Part shown: piece by piece, positions 1 to 10,098 of the stretch
Numbering within the stretch: the first letter of the stretch is position 1
How the letters are laid out: each line of letters opens with the position of its first letter
DNA from: Candidatus Fraserbacteria bacterium
GTDB lineage: Bacteria; Bipolaricaulota; Bipolaricaulia; RBG-16-55-9; DRXL01
NCBI GenBank assembly: GCA_947085185.1
Contig: CAMTVK010000007.1
Span: 76,191 to 140,190, forward strand
DNA length: 64,000 bases
Reading direction: 5' to 3'
Made by a program: the position numbers and the translations under genes
The notes under the pieces: model-generated
Databases searched by the model: none
Seen by the model: the letters and a program-made list of their open reading frames with translations, nothing else
Told to the model about the DNA's origin: nothing

Positions 1-194
1 GCCATGAGCATGGGGTCGGCCCTCACAAGCTGCCCAAACGCCACCCCGCCAAACGCGATGTGCCCCAAGCCGTCGCCGATCAGGCCGTAGCGCCGCAAGA
101 CCAAAAAGAGCCCGATCGTCGGGGCAAGCACCCCCATGATCGTCCCACCGATAAACGCCAGCCGCATGAACTCAAACGCAAAAATATCCAACAT
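1..194 (-). CDS. znuB: Zn/Mn ABC transporter permease, N-terminal part (runs off window)
   Basis: Manual translation MLDIFAFEFMRLAFIGG...LRRYGLIGDGLGHIAFGG; GGGAGG RBS; follows the ABC ATPase. Confidence 0.88.
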   Translation of the reverse strand, partial: MLDIFAFEFMRLAFIGGTIMGVLAPTIGLFLVLRRYGLIGDGLGHIAFGGVAFGQLVRADPMLM

Positions 195-214
195 CGTCCT
201 CCCGGCTCGCTTGA

Positions 215-302
215 GAATCACGGAAGGCACGGAATGGCCACGGAGTACACGGAAGAAGGTTTTCAGTGACTTCCGTGGGATCTCCAGTGCCTTCCGTGAT
301 TC
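215..302. repeat. Palindromic intergenic element, CACGGA family copy 1
   Basis: 16-bp perfect terminal inverted repeat GAATCACGGAAGGCAC...GTGCCTTCCGTGATTC with internal CACGGA/TCCGTG units. Confidence 0.85.
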
Positions 303-306
303 AAAC

Positions 307-1035
307 TCATCCCCACGGATGCCGATGCCGCACGAGCTTGCGTCCCGTATAGACTCTCTCTAAAAGATCGCTCGCTAAGCACTCTTGCAGCGTCCCGCAA
401 AAGAGCAGCCTTCTATTCAGACACGCGATCTTCGTCACCTCGGTGACGACCGCTTCAATGTCATGCGAGACCAAGACGATCGTCAAGCCCTGCTCCCGAC
501 TGAGCCTTCCCAAGAGCGCATAGAACTCCGCTTCGGCGTTGGGGTCCACAGAAGCTGTGGGCTCATCCAACAGCACGAGCTCTGGCTCTTGGGCCAGAAC
601 GCGAGCAAGAAAGACGCGCTGTTGCTGCCCCCCCGACAGCTCGCTGATGGGGCGAGCCCGCAGGTCTTCAAGGTGCACAGCGCGCAGGGCCCGCTCCACC
701 GCAGCGCTGTCGGAGGCGCTCCATCGTCCCCAGCGCAAGCGCGGCACCCGCCCCATGCGCACGATCTCTTCTACTGATGCTGGGAAATTGCGCTCAAAGT
801 CCCAGCTGCGCTGGCGCATGTAGCCGACCGAAGAGCGCTCGCACAAGACCCAAACCCTCCCACGCTGAGGCTCAAGCACCCCGGCGATGAGCTTGAGCAG
901 CGTGGTCTTGCCTGAGCCGTTGGGCCCGATCACCCCGAGAATATCTCCCCGCTGGACGGTGAGGGAGACGTCCTCGAGCACCGGCTCTGCGCCATAGCTG
1001 AACCAGAGATGTTCAATCGAGAGAATGGGCTTCAT
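307..1035 (-). CDS. znuC: Metal ABC transporter ATP-binding protein
   Basis: [22 protein letters not shown]; His-rich C-terminus. Confidence 0.9.
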   Translation of the reverse strand: MKPILSIEHLWFSYGAEPVLEDVSLTVQRGDILGVIGPNGSGKTTLLKLIAGVLEPQRGRVWVLCERSSVGYMRQRSWDFERNFPASVEEIVRMGRVPRLRWGRWSASDSAAVERALRAVHLEDLRARPISELSGGQQQRVFLARVLAQEPELVLLDEPTASVDPNAEAEFYALLGRLSREQGLTIVLVSHDIEAVVTEVTKIACLNRRLLFCGTLQECLASDLLERVYTGRKLVRHRHPWG

Positions 1036-1931
1036 GAGCACTCCAGCCCGATCCGCAGATTTTTCAGATTCTCCTCCATGAGCGTCAGATAGTTCTTCCC
1101 GGCGCGCTCTTCTTCGTCGGTCAGGCCCTCGATAGGGTCGAGAGTCAAGATCTGCGCGCCGAGCTCTCGTGCCAAGACTTCCAGCGCTTTAGGTCTTTCG
1201 AGCTTCTCGGCAAAGAGATACTTGATCCCCAGACGCCTGCCCAATTCGATCAGTTCTCTGAGTCGTTGGGGCGTGGGCTCGCCCGGCTCCAGCCCCGACA
1301 GCGCGTGAGCCGTCAGACGATAGCGCGCGGCAAAGTACTCCAAAAACCGATGCGAGATGATCAGATCACGCAGCCGGCAGTTCGCCAACCCTTGCTCGAT
1401 CTTTGCGTCGAGCGCGTCCAGTTTCTCTTGATAGCTTCGGGCGTTCGCCTCATAGACAGATCGACCGGCGCCATCGGCTTGGATGAGCCCATTCTTGATG
1501 TTCGTCACCATCCCTTTGGCTAAGATGGGATCGAGCCAGACGTGCGGATCGAACGTAAATTCTTCTTCGTCTTCGGGGGCTTTCCGCAGCGGCAGCCCCT
1601 GCGTCGCTTCAATGACGACCAACTTGTCGCGATTTCTGACGGCTCCCAGAATCTCTTGGGCCAACTTGGTGTCCATATCGGCTCCGTTGTAGACGAAGAC
1701 CTGGGCGGCTTCGACGGCTCGGATGTCCGCAGGCGTGGGCTCATAATCGTGCGAGTCCGCCCCGGGCGGCACCAAGACCTTCACCGAGACTCGATCGCCC
1801 CCGACTTGCGCAGTGAACTCATAGGGGATATAGAAGCTCGCGACCACATTGACCTTCTGCTGCGCAGCGAACCCCCAGGCTGCAATCGCGGTGAGCAGCC
1901 CCATCAACAGTACAGACTTTTTGAACGACAT
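1032..1931 (-). CDS. znuA: Zn ABC transporter substrate-binding protein
   Basis: Signal peptide; HDYEPT, DPHVWLDP and His ligand motifs of the ZnuA/TroA family. Confidence 0.9.
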   Translation of the reverse strand: MSFKKSVLLMGLLTAIAAWGFAAQQKVNVVASFYIPYEFTAQVGGDRVSVKVLVPPGADSHDYEPTPADIRAVEAAQVFVYNGADMDTKLAQEILGAVRNRDKLVVIEATQGLPLRKAPEDEEEFTFDPHVWLDPILAKGMVTNIKNGLIQADGAGRSVYEANARSYQEKLDALDAKIEQGLANCRLRDLIISHRFLEYFAARYRLTAHALSGLEPGEPTPQRLRELIELGRRLGIKYLFAEKLERPKALEVLARELGAQILTLDPIEGLTDEEERAGKNYLTLMEENLKNLRIGLECS

Positions 1932-1944
1932 CTGCGTACCTCCT

Positions 1945-1965
1945 TATTGAAAATTGTTTTCATTT
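1945..1965. promoter_or_regulatory. Putative Zur box upstream of znuA
   Basis: TATTGAAAA-TTG-TTTTCATTT palindrome next to the znuA RBS; second copy upstream of zur. Confidence 0.75.
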
Positions 1966-1986
1966 GGTGCGATATAAAAAATGCGC

Positions 1987-2409
1987 TCATCTCTTCTTGC
2001 AATCAGGGCATAACCCCATCACCTCCACCCGATGTTGGCTGATTTGGAAGCCGGTCTCTGCAGAGATCTCTTGCAGGGGCAACGCGCAGTCAGCCAACTC
2101 TTCTACTCGTCCGCAGTCTTGACAGATCACCTGATGATGGTGGCCTTCACCGTTGGTCGAGTCCGTGCGGGCGAAACTATGACACCCGTCGTTCAGATGA
2201 ACGCGCTGCACCAGTCCAAGCTCGTGCAGGAGCGCCAGCGTCCGGTAGACCGTGACCAGCCCGATCTTTCTATAGCGTCGCCGCGCGCGACGGTAGAGCT
2301 CCTCTGGGGTCAGGTGGGCCCGGCTCGATGCTAACGCTTCCAACACGGCGCGACGGGGCTGGGTCACCCTGTAGCCCTTCGCCTGGAGCTGAGTTATGAG
2401 ATCATCCAT
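1987..2409 (-). CDS. zur: Fur-family regulator (Zur)
   Basis: TVYRTL, HHHxxCxxC and CxxC motifs; heads the znu operon; start placed at ATG after RBS. Confidence 0.85.
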   Translation of the reverse strand: MDDLITQLQAKGYRVTQPRRAVLEALASSRAHLTPEELYRRARRRYRKIGLVTVYRTLALLHELGLVQRVHLNDGCHSFARTDSTNGEGHHHQVICQDCGRVEELADCALPLQEISAETGFQISQHRVEVMGLCPDCKKR

Positions 2410-2423
2410 AAGCTCTCCCTTCT

Positions 2424-2475
2424 TATTGAAAAGTATTTTCAGTTTCATTATACCCACCCCCATCCCCCTTGTCAA
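2424..2475 (-). promoter_or_regulatory. Consensus sigma70 promoter of zur plus Zur box
   Basis: Minus strand TTGACA-17bp-TATAAT (2475-2447); TATTGAAAAGTATTTTCAGTT at 2424-2444. Confidence 0.8.
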
Positions 2476-2480
2476 GGCAC

Positions 2481-2510
2481 TTGACGATCTATATAGCTAT
2501 ATATTACAAT
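2481..2510 (+). promoter_or_regulatory. Promoter of AbrB-PhoU gene with palindromic spacer
   Basis: TTGACG-18bp-TACAAT; TATATAGCTATATA palindrome at 2490-2503. Confidence 0.6.
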
Positions 2511-2526
2511 GCAGCAATCACGATAG

Positions 2527-3528
2527 ATGGGAGAAGCTATGGAGACCCGAAGAGTGCAGATCACCGGCGGCGCAACGTTCATGATCACGCTGCCTAAAGA
2601 GTGGGCAGAAGCGCAAAAACTCCATGCGGGCGCGGAGATCGAGCTCCACCCCCACGACCCCGATCTCTTGATCTTACGCCCGCATCGTGACTCCAAACCC
2701 ACACGGGGGGTCTTGGCCCTCGACGCCAAGACGGGCGATGCCCTCATGCGCGCGTTCATCTCGATGTACGTCGCAGGCTTCGATATCATCGAGGTGCGCG
2801 GCGAGCGCATCACCCCAGAACAACGCCAGACCATCAGAAAAGTCACACAAGCCCTCATCGGTCCGGAGATCATGGAAGAATCCCGAGATTCGATCATCAT
2901 TCACAATCTGCTCAACCTCGCTGAGCTCTCTGCCCCCAAGACGCTCGAGCGCATCTTCCTGATGGTGCACGACATGTTCGCCGACGCGGTGCGCGCCGCG
3001 GCAGAGCACGACGCCGAGCTGGCCCACGACATCGTGGCCCGCGATGAGGACGTGGACCGGCTCTATCTCATGCTCTATAGACAGTTTCGCATCGTCCTGC
3101 GCGATCTGTTGGCTGAGGAAGCCGCGGGGGTCAGTCGCCTCAAGCTCTTTGATATCCACACCGTGGCGCGCCAGCTCGAGCGTGTGGCCGATCATGCGGT
3201 CAAGATCGCCCATGTGACGACGTCTCTGGAGGAGGCGCCTCCCCTCAAAGTCGCCGAGGCCTTGCGCAAGGGCGGCGACCAGGTCAACACACTCTTGCGA
3301 GAGTCTGTAGAGGCGTTCCGCACGGCCACCCCCACCCTCGCCAGTCAAGTCATCGACACCGCTTTAGGGATGGAAGAACGCCTGAGAAAGGCCGTCAAAC
3401 TCCTGTGGAACTTGGACCCTCACGAAGCTCAGCTCATCGGGATCGCCTTCGACAGCATCGGGCGCGTCAAAGACTATTCGATCAACATAGCCGAAACGGC
3501 CCTCAACACATCAGTCCCCATGCCCTAG
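2527..3528 (+). CDS. phoU: Phosphate uptake regulator, AbrB-like N-terminus plus PhoU repeats (archaeal-type architecture)
   Basis: RRVQITGGATFMITLPKEWA AbrB-like motif; DEDVDRLY and LERVADHA PhoU motifs. Confidence 0.8.
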   Translation: MGEAMETRRVQITGGATFMITLPKEWAEAQKLHAGAEIELHPHDPDLLILRPHRDSKPTRGVLALDAKTGDALMRAFISMYVAGFDIIEVRGERITPEQRQTIRKVTQALIGPEIMEESRDSIIIHNLLNLAELSAPKTLERIFLMVHDMFADAVRAAAEHDAELAHDIVARDEDVDRLYLMLYRQFRIVLRDLLAEEAAGVSRLKLFDIHTVARQLERVADHAVKIAHVTTSLEEAPPLKVAEALRKGGDQVNTLLRESVEAFRTATPTLASQVIDTALGMEERLRKAVKLLWNLDPHEAQLIGIAFDSIGRVKDYSINIAETALNTSVPMP

Positions 3529-4577
3529 AACGACTCCCACTCGATAGGCCCACTGAAGTCCGGCAGACTGTCAGCCGTCACAGGCACCGAAGCCCGATAG
3601 ATCGTAGGAATGGGCACCTCCGTCCCAACGCGATAGATATAGACCCGCGCTTGGTCATCGATCGTGTGTCGGAAGTACTCGACGATCAGTTTGAACTTCT
3701 GGAGGAGCAAGGGCTTGCGGCGCTGGCTGCGCGTGATCGCTTCGTTGATATAGAGCTGACTGTCGGCGATATACGCCGAATACGTCACGGCAAAGTCTTC
3801 GTATTGATTGGTCATGGCGTAGAGCGACCGATCGATGGGGTCGCGCGCGAAGTTATCGGGATCTCGTCCGGACTCTTGGAAGAGTTTCTCCCAGCGCTCT
3901 CCTTGATCTGTGGTCGAGCGGGTGAAGTGCACCAGGTGCCCAAGCTCATGAAACGCCACGAGGGTGAAGGTACGGCCGGCGCGCAGGCCGGGAAGCTCAA
4001 TGAGACCAGGTGGGAAATACTGCCCATAGAGATAGATATTGGGTTCGCGGGCGCGGATCTCGCGCAGGCGCCTGAGATGGTCGCCAGGGAGCGAGCGCAA
4101 GACGCCATAGAGCTGCTGACAGTGCAGATCTTCGAGCTCCGTGCCGATCTCGTAGCTCACTTTCACTCTATACTGAGCAGAGATCTCTTTACAGAAGCGT
4201 CGAGGGTAAGTGAGCTCGAGGCGTCCTTCCACGGTTTGTTGGCCGAGATTCGTTACGATCAAGCGCCAGGGCCGGCCCACATCAGCTTCGGTGACTTGGG
4301 TCTTGGCGGTAGCTGAGCCCGTTTGGTCTACGACGGCTTTGTTGTCTAAAAAGAGCTGCACTCGGATGGTCATGGAATAGGGGTGCAGGGAGAGCTTCAG
4401 AGTAATCTCGCCCGTCGTAGTTGGGAGAAAATCGTACTCGAACTTCTCTTGGGATCTGAGGGAGAGCTCGCTGGAGCGCGCGGTGATCGTAGCGCTTGTG
4501 GGCAGGAGCGCGCCCCAGATCAAGAGCATAGCAAGCAAGAGCGTGGGAGCAAGTCGAGTCCGTGTCATAAGAGCCAT
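3525..4577 (-). CDS. Secreted putative zinc metallopeptidase
   Basis: Signal peptide, beta-rich N-domain, HELGH and downstream YAxTNxxEDFA motif. Confidence 0.65.
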   Translation of the reverse strand: MALMTRTRLAPTLLLAMLLIWGALLPTSATITARSSELSLRSQEKFEYDFLPTTTGEITLKLSLHPYSMTIRVQLFLDNKAVVDQTGSATAKTQVTEADVGRPWRLIVTNLGQQTVEGRLELTYPRRFCKEISAQYRVKVSYEIGTELEDLHCQQLYGVLRSLPGDHLRRLREIRAREPNIYLYGQYFPPGLIELPGLRAGRTFTLVAFHELGHLVHFTRSTTDQGERWEKLFQESGRDPDNFARDPIDRSLYAMTNQYEDFAVTYSAYIADSQLYINEAITRSQRRKPLLLQKFKLIVEYFRHTIDDQARVYIYRVGTEVPIPTIYRASVPVTADSLPDFSGPIEWESF

Positions 4578-4706
4578 CTCCTTTCTCGTGAGGTTAGAGT
4601 TATCTTAGCACAGAGTCTTCGGGAGTGCACGGGGAGAGGGTTCTCAGGGGAGCATGTTTGTGTTATAATGACGCAAGACGAGAAACAGACAAAGGAGCAA
4701 CACACA

Positions 4707-7700
4707 GTGACCCAGAAACTTCAAGCGAACCACATCATTGAATCGGATTTTTGGCCAGAACCGGTCCGGGTGCTGACGATAGAGCCCTTGGGCGATCGCA
4801 TGAAAGTGGAGGCCGTGGGCACAAGGACCCAGCGGTTCTATTCGCGCCTCCTCAGTCAGACCGACCTCGCTCTTGTTCGCATTGTCTCAGACACGCAGCG
4901 CGATTTCTTAGGAGATGCTGAGGGCTTTTTTCTCGCCATAGAGGCGCACCGCATCCGCTTCGCCCACCAGTTCGATCCGCTCCTGGCCGTCAACATCTCC
5001 CAAGTGGATCCCTTGCCCCACCAGATCGAGGCAGTTTATCACTACATTCTCCGCACTCCGCAGATCCGGTTTCTGCTGGCGGATGACCCCGGTGCTGGCA
5101 AAACCATCATGACTGGCCTTGTCCTCAAAGAGCTCAAGTATCGGGGACTCGTGCAGCGGACGCTTATCGTCGTCCCGGGGCATCTCAAGGACCAATGGCT
5201 CCGCGAAATGAAGGAGCGCTTTGGCGAGAGCTTCACGGTGATTGATCGTAGCACCATCCACGCTACTTGGGGACGCAATGTTTGGCAGGAGCATCCCCAA
5301 GTGATCACCTCTATGGACTTTGCCAAACAAGAAGATGTGCTGGCTACTTTGGCCGAGGTCCACTGGGACCTGGCGGTCGCGGACGAAGCCCACAAGATGG
5401 CAGCCTATCGATACGGAGACAAGACCAGCAAGACCGAACGCTATCGACTCGGCGAATTGCTTTCCCGCACCAGCCAGTTTCTGCTCTTCCTTACGGCGAC
5501 ACCGCACCGCGGCGACCCAGAAAATTTCCGCCTCTTTCTGGAGCTGCTTGAGCCAGGGATGTTCGCCAATACAGAGCTGTTGCTCGAATCTGTGCAAAAC
5601 CGGGAGAACCCTCTGTTCCTACGTCGGCTCAAGGAGGATTTGCGGGACTTTGAAAACCGCCCGCTCTTTCCGCCACGCAGGGTCTTCACCAAGCCCTATC
5701 GGCTGAGTGATACCGAGAAGCGGCTCTACAATGCCGTCACGGAGTACGTGGAGACGTCCTATAACAAGGCCCTGGCGACCGGAAAGCGCAATGTGGCGTT
5801 CGCGCTGCTCATCCTGCAGCGGCGCATGGCTTCCAGCGTGCGGGCAGTGCGCCGATCGCTCGAACGGCGCAAGGAGCGCCTCGAAAAGCTCCTCAAGCTC
5901 GGGCAGTGGCTGGCCCAAGGCGAGCGGATTGACGAGGACGAACTCGAAGATGCCCCCGAATCCGAGCGCCTCCGCCAAGAAGAAGAGCTCATCGAGCGTC
6001 TCACCTCCGCCGAAACGCGCGAGGAGCTTCAAGAAGAGATCCGCACGCTAGAGGAGCTGGTCCGCCTGGCCAACGAGGCCGAACGCCAGGAAGTGGAAAC
6101 CAAGCTCACGGAGCTTCGCCGCGTCATGGAAGACGAGAAGATTCGTGCCACGGGAGAAAAACTTCTGATCTTCACCGAGTCGCGCGAGACGCTGGAGTAC
6201 CTGTGCGAGAAACTCAGCGCCTGGGGCTATTCGGTCGTCCCCCTCCACGGCGGCATGAACCTGGATGCCCGCATTCGCGCCGAGCATGAGTTTCGTGAGA
6301 AAGCCCAAGTCATGGTCTCCACCGAAGCCGGTGGCGAGGGCATCAATCTCCAGTTCTGCGCCCTCATGGTGAACTACGACATTCCCTGGAACCCAAACCG
6401 CCTGGAGCAGCGCATGGGGCGCATCCATCGCTACGGTCAACACAAAGAAGTGCACATCTATAACCTGGTCGCTAGCGACACGCGCGAGGGAAGGGTACTG
6501 CATGAGCTCTTCCAAAAACTCCAAGAGATTCAAGCTGCCATGGGGTCCGACCGCGTCTTCGATGTGATCGGCGAGCTCGTGCCGGAACGCAGCCTGAAAG
6601 ACCTCATCGTGGAAGCCATTGCCCATCGGCGGACATTGGACGAGATCGTCGCGGAGATCGCAGCCATCCCTAACGAAGAAGCCCTGCGCAAGGTGCGCGC
6701 CGCAGCACTCGAAGCCCTGGCCACCCGGCACATCGAGTTGCACCGGATTCTCGGGGAAGACCGGAAGGCGCGCGAGCAGCGCCTGGTGCCAGAGTATATT
6801 GAGCGCTTCTTTGAGCGAAGCTGCGCCTTCTTGAACATTCGTCTGGAGCGGCGCCGCGATGGCTTCTGGCGGGTGCCCCAGGTGCCGCTTGAGGTGCGCC
6901 ATGTCTCCCGGGAGTTCAAGCACTGCTTTGGGGAACCGTTTCGGGAATACAACAAGCTCGCGTTCGACAAAGAAAAAGCCCGCCGCGGGGATGCTGTCTT
7001 TGTAGCCCCTGGACATCCCTTGTTAGAAGCGATCCTTGAGCGGGTGCTGGCGCAAGGCATCCCCGATGCAAGGCGCGGTGCCATCTTTGCCGACCCCGAC
7101 GGAAAGCTCGACGGCTGGCTGTGGTTCTTGGAGGGCGAGCTGCGCGACGGCACCAACCAGATCGCAGGAAGACGACTCTTCGTCCTCTTGCAACCGCGCC
7201 AGGGAGGCCTGCTCCGGCTGGTCAATAGCTCCATCCTCTGGGACCTCAAACCCTCGATCCCCTCTCAGAGCATAGAACCGTGCCCCCCCGAGGGCGAGAT
7301 CATCGCTTATGCAGCCGAGCATGTGTTGGAAGCTTATCGCCAGGAGCTCCTCGAGGAACGCCAGCGCCAGAACGAGATCAAGAGAAAATACGGTCTGCGC
7401 TCGCTGGAGCAGATGATCCTCGAGTCGGATGCTAAGCTGATCGAATACGAGACGCGCCGTGCCAAGGGCGAGCCGATCCCCGATGCGGAAATCCACAACG
7501 AGCAGCGCCGCAACGAGGAGCTCCGCGCTCGGAAGCACACACTGGAAGAAGAGATCCGCCGGTCCAGCAGCCTCTTACCCTCCGTCCCCAGGGTGCTTGG
7601 AGTCGCCCGTGTGCTCCCCATGATGTCCCCAGACCCGTCCATGCGCCCCGATGCCGACATCGAAGCCATCGGCATGGAGATTGCCATGAACTACGAACGC

Positions 7701-8021
7701 TCTCAAGGACGCGAGCCCGAAGACGTCTCGCTGCAGAACCTCGGCTATGATATTCGCTCTTACGCGCCCGATGGCACACTTCGCTCTATTGAGGTCAAAG
7801 CCCGTGCGACCACCGGTGCGATCGTGCTCACGCCCAACGAATGGGTCATGGCACAGCGTCTGGGCGACGAATACTGGCTCTACATCGTGGAGAACGCCGC
7901 CACAAAGCCCAGGCTCCATCGGATCCAGAACCCGGCGGCTCGGCTCCAGCCCGAAATGGAAGTGTCCATCGTCCGCTACATCATTACAGACTGGCAGAAG
8001 GGAGTGTCCTATGAAGCCTGA
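4707..8021 (+). CDS. SNF2-family helicase with C-terminal DUF3883-like nuclease domain
   Basis: LADDPGAGKT, DEAH, TATPH, GEGINLQ, EQRMGRIHR; C-terminal GYDIRS...IEVK; GTG start after AAGGAG. Confidence 0.9.
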   Translation: MTQKLQANHIIESDFWPEPVRVLTIEPLGDRMKVEAVGTRTQRFYSRLLSQTDLALVRIVSDTQRDFLGDAEGFFLAIEAHRIRFAHQFDPLLAVNISQVDPLPHQIEAVYHYILRTPQIRFLLADDPGAGKTIMTGLVLKELKYRGLVQRTLIVVPGHLKDQWLREMKERFGESFTVIDRSTIHATWGRNVWQEHPQVITSMDFAKQEDVLATLAEVHWDLAVADEAHKMAAYRYGDKTSKTERYRLGELLSRTSQFLLFLTATPHRGDPENFRLFLELLEPGMFANTELLLESVQNRENPLFLRRLKEDLRDFENRPLFPPRRVFTKPYRLSDTEKRLYNAVTEYVETSYNKALATGKRNVAFALLILQRRMASSVRAVRRSLERRKERLEKLLKLGQWLAQGERIDEDELEDAPESERLRQEEELIERLTSAETREELQEEIRTLEELVRLANEAERQEVETKLTELRRVMEDEKIRATGEKLLIFTESRETLEYLCEKLSAWGYSVVPLHGGMNLDARIRAEHEFREKAQVMVSTEAGGEGINLQFCALMVNYDIPWNPNRLEQRMGRIHRYGQHKEVHIYNLVASDTREGRVLHELFQKLQEIQAAMGSDRVFDVIGELVPERSLKDLIVEAIAHRRTLDEIVAEIAAIPNEEALRKVRAAALEALATRHIELHRILGEDRKAREQRLVPEYIERFFERSCAFLNIRLERRRDGFWRVPQVPLEVRHVSREFKHCFGEPFREYNKLAFDKEKARRGDAVFVAPGHPLLEAILERVLAQGIPDARRGAIFADPDGKLDGWLWFLEGELRDGTNQIAGRRLFVLLQPRQGGLLRLVNSSILWDLKPSIPSQSIEPCPPEGEIIAYAAEHVLEAYRQELLEERQRQNEIKRKYGLRSLEQMILESDAKLIEYETRRAKGEPIPDAEIHNEQRRNEELRARKHTLEEEIRRSSSLLPSVPRVLGVARVLPMMSPDPSMRPDADIEAIGMEIAMNYERSQGREPEDVSLQNLGYDIRSYAPDGTLRSIEVKARATTGAIVLTPNEWVMAQRLGDEYWLYIVENAATKPRLHRIQNPAARLQPEMEVSIVRYIITDWQKGVSYEA

Positions 8022-8077
8022 GCGCTATACGCTTACGAAGCACGGCAACTGTTATCAGTGCCGCAAGAGTAAAATCC

Positions 8078-8497
8078 ATGCGGGAACGTGAAGTCATCAG
8101 GACCGTCGCCGAGCGATTGCGCGCGGAAGGACTGATGGACCTGAAGGTGCGCTACGGGAGCGAACCCGGCCCGGACATCGAGGGGACGCTGCCCCGCTCG
8201 CGGCGGCACCTGTTCGTCGAGGCGAAAGGGGAACGGGCTCGCACCTCGCCGCGCATCACCGTGGGAGAGGCGCTCCTCCAGATTCTCTCCCGCTGGGACA
8301 GCGATGTGGTCTGCGCTCTTGCGGTGCCCTATAACAAGGAATTCGAGGAGGTCCTTCGAACCATCCTGCCCGGCCTGCGCTGCCTGGAACTGCATGTCCT
8401 GTTGGCGAAAGATGGTGAAGTGTGGTATCTTAGCCCTAACAAGGCCGGTTTTCTGGTGGAAAAGCCCCTGTCCATCATTGAGGTGCTCGAAAGATGA
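8078..8497 (+). CDS. Small PD-(D/E)XK nuclease-like protein
   Basis: GPDI...FVEAKG...GEALLQ pattern; ATGA overlap with next gene. Confidence 0.6.
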   Translation: MREREVIRTVAERLRAEGLMDLKVRYGSEPGPDIEGTLPRSRRHLFVEAKGERARTSPRITVGEALLQILSRWDSDVVCALAVPYNKEFEEVLRTILPGLRCLELHVLLAKDGEVWYLSPNKAGFLVEKPLSIIEVLER

Positions 8498-10098
8498 GCA
8501 AAGCACAAAAAGCTATGACCCGCGTGATCGAAACCGACTTTCCCCTGCGCGCGGTCTCCGAGGAGTCCGTGCGCGAGAAGAACATCCGCCACGGCCACAT
8601 CTCCACCCTGCACATCTGGTGGGCGCGCCGACCGCTGGCGGCCTCGCGGGCCACCGCATTGGCCGCACTGTTGCCCGATGACCCCAAGCGGCGCAACCAG
8701 TTCCTTGAACTCGTCCGAGGCATCGCCCCGTGGGAGGCCGTCTCCGCCAACAGGGCCGATTCAACCCACCTGCTGGAAAATGCCCGCGCCCTCATCCGCG
8801 AGGCCTTTGACGGCCGCGCCCCGCGGGTGCTCGACCCCTTCGCCGGCGGCGGGAGCATCCCCCTGGAGGCGCTGCGCCTGGGCTGCGAGACCTATGCGCT
8901 GGACTATAACCCGGTGGCCGTGCTGCTCAACAAGTGCGTGCTGGAATACCCGCAAAAGTTCGGCCAACCCGGTTCGGTGGCGCAGGTCCCTTTGCCGCCC
9001 TGTGCGAAGAAGGACGAGGCGGATCTTTTTGGAGCCCACAGGGATGTTCAGGAGAATCCGCCGGGGCGCAGCGGCGCTGCGCCCCTCCTGGTGGCCGTGC
9101 GCGCCTGGGGCGACTGGGTGCTGGAGGAAGCACGCAAGGAACTGGCGCGTTTCTACCCGCCGGACGCGGATGGTTCCGTGCCCGTTGGTTATATCTGGGC
9201 GCGCACGCTGCCCTGCCAGAACCCGGCCTGCGGCGCCGAAATCCCCCTCATGCGCCAGACCTGGCTGGCCAGAAAGGACAACAAGAAGGTCGCCCTGAAG
9301 CTACTGCCGAACCGCGCCGCCCGGCGGGTGGACGCGGCGATTGTGGAGGGCGCGGCCATTGACTTCGACCCGGAGGAGGGCACGACGGCCCGCGCCCACG
9401 TGCGCTGCCCGGCCTGCGGCGGGACGATAGACGATAAGACCACGCGCCGGCTCTTCCGCGAGGGCAAGGCCGGACAGCGCCTGATGGCGGTGGTGCTGCA
9501 CAGGCCCGGCCGCAGCGGCAAGACCTACCGCCTGGCCACCGAGGCGGACCTGGTGGCCTACCGCGCCGCCGAGCAGGCGCTCGTAGGGGCAAGGCAGCGC
9601 CTTGCCCAGGACTGGGGCCTGGACCCCGTGCCGGATGAGCCAACGCCTCTGGGTGGTGGCCCCGGCGCTGAAAGAGCCTTCTCTGTGCACAAGTATGGCC
9701 TGACCCGCTGGGGCGACCTCTTCAACCCCCGGCAGAAACTGGCGCTCATCACCTTTGCCGAGAAGGTGCGCCGCGCCCACGCCGAGATGCTCGCCCAGGG
9801 CGCCGACCCGGAATTCGCCCGGGCAGTGACGACTTATTTGGCGCTGGGGGTGGACATGATGGCGGCTTTCTGCAACTCTTTGGCGCGTTGGGAGAATACG
9901 TCGGAAGCGATAAAACAGCTATTCTCTCGGCAGGCGTTGCCCATGCTTTGGGATTACATAGAACTAAATCCATTCAGTGGCTCAACTGGAAGTTGGGAGG
10001 CCGGTTGGGAGTACTATTTGGAGACGCTCGCCCACCTCATCCAAATCCCGCCGGTATCGGCGGGCGGGTGCGAGGCAGGCACGGAGGGTTTGCCATGA
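8494..10098 (+). CDS. DUF1156 adenine methyltransferase, N-terminal chain (SAM-binding motif I, Zn finger)
   Basis: LHIWWARRPL, LDPFAGGGSIPLEA, two Cys pairs, LFNPRQ; stops before DPPY. Confidence 0.88.
   Translation: MSKAQKAMTRVIETDFPLRAVSEESVREKNIRHGHISTLHIWWARRPLAASRATALAALLPDDPKRRNQFLELVRGIAPWEAVSANRADSTHLLENARALIREAFDGRAPRVLDPFAGGGSIPLEALRLGCETYALDYNPVAVLLNKCVLEYPQKFGQPGSVAQVPLPPCAKKDEADLFGAHRDVQENPPGRSGAAPLLVAVRAWGDWVLEEARKELARFYPPDADGSVPVGYIWARTLPCQNPACGAEIPLMRQTWLARKDNKKVALKLLPNRAARRVDAAIVEGAAIDFDPEEGTTARAHVRCPACGGTIDDKTTRRLFREGKAGQRLMAVVLHRPGRSGKTYRLATEADLVAYRAAEQALVGARQRLAQDWGLDPVPDEPTPLGGGPGAERAFSVHKYGLTRWGDLFNPRQKLALITFAEKVRRAHAEMLAQGADPEFARAVTTYLALGVDMMAAFCNSLARWENTSEAIKQLFSRQALPMLWDYIELNPFSGSTGSWEAGWEYYLETLAHLIQIPPVSAGGCEAGTEGLP
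9063..9088 (-). repeat. In-frame REP-like palindrome
   Basis: GGGGCGCAGCG-G-CGCTGCGCCCC with GGAG foot on minus strand. Confidence 0.6.
9583..9607 (+). repeat. In-frame GTAG-type REP
   Basis: GTAG-GGGCAAGGC-AGC-GCCTTGCCC. Confidence 0.7.

Noticed and set aside
3405..4316. Long antisense and alternative-frame ORFs here and throughout the window
   Set aside because: Shadow ORFs of GC-rich genes with no motifs or RBS
4383..4706. N-terminal extension of the SNF2 ORF from the track
   Set aside because: Overlaps the divergent gene and promoter; RBS-supported GTG at 4707 is more plausible
8011..8091. 26-aa ORF MKPERYTLTKH... overlapping the SNF2 stop
   Set aside because: May be a gene remnant or coupling peptide but too short to assign
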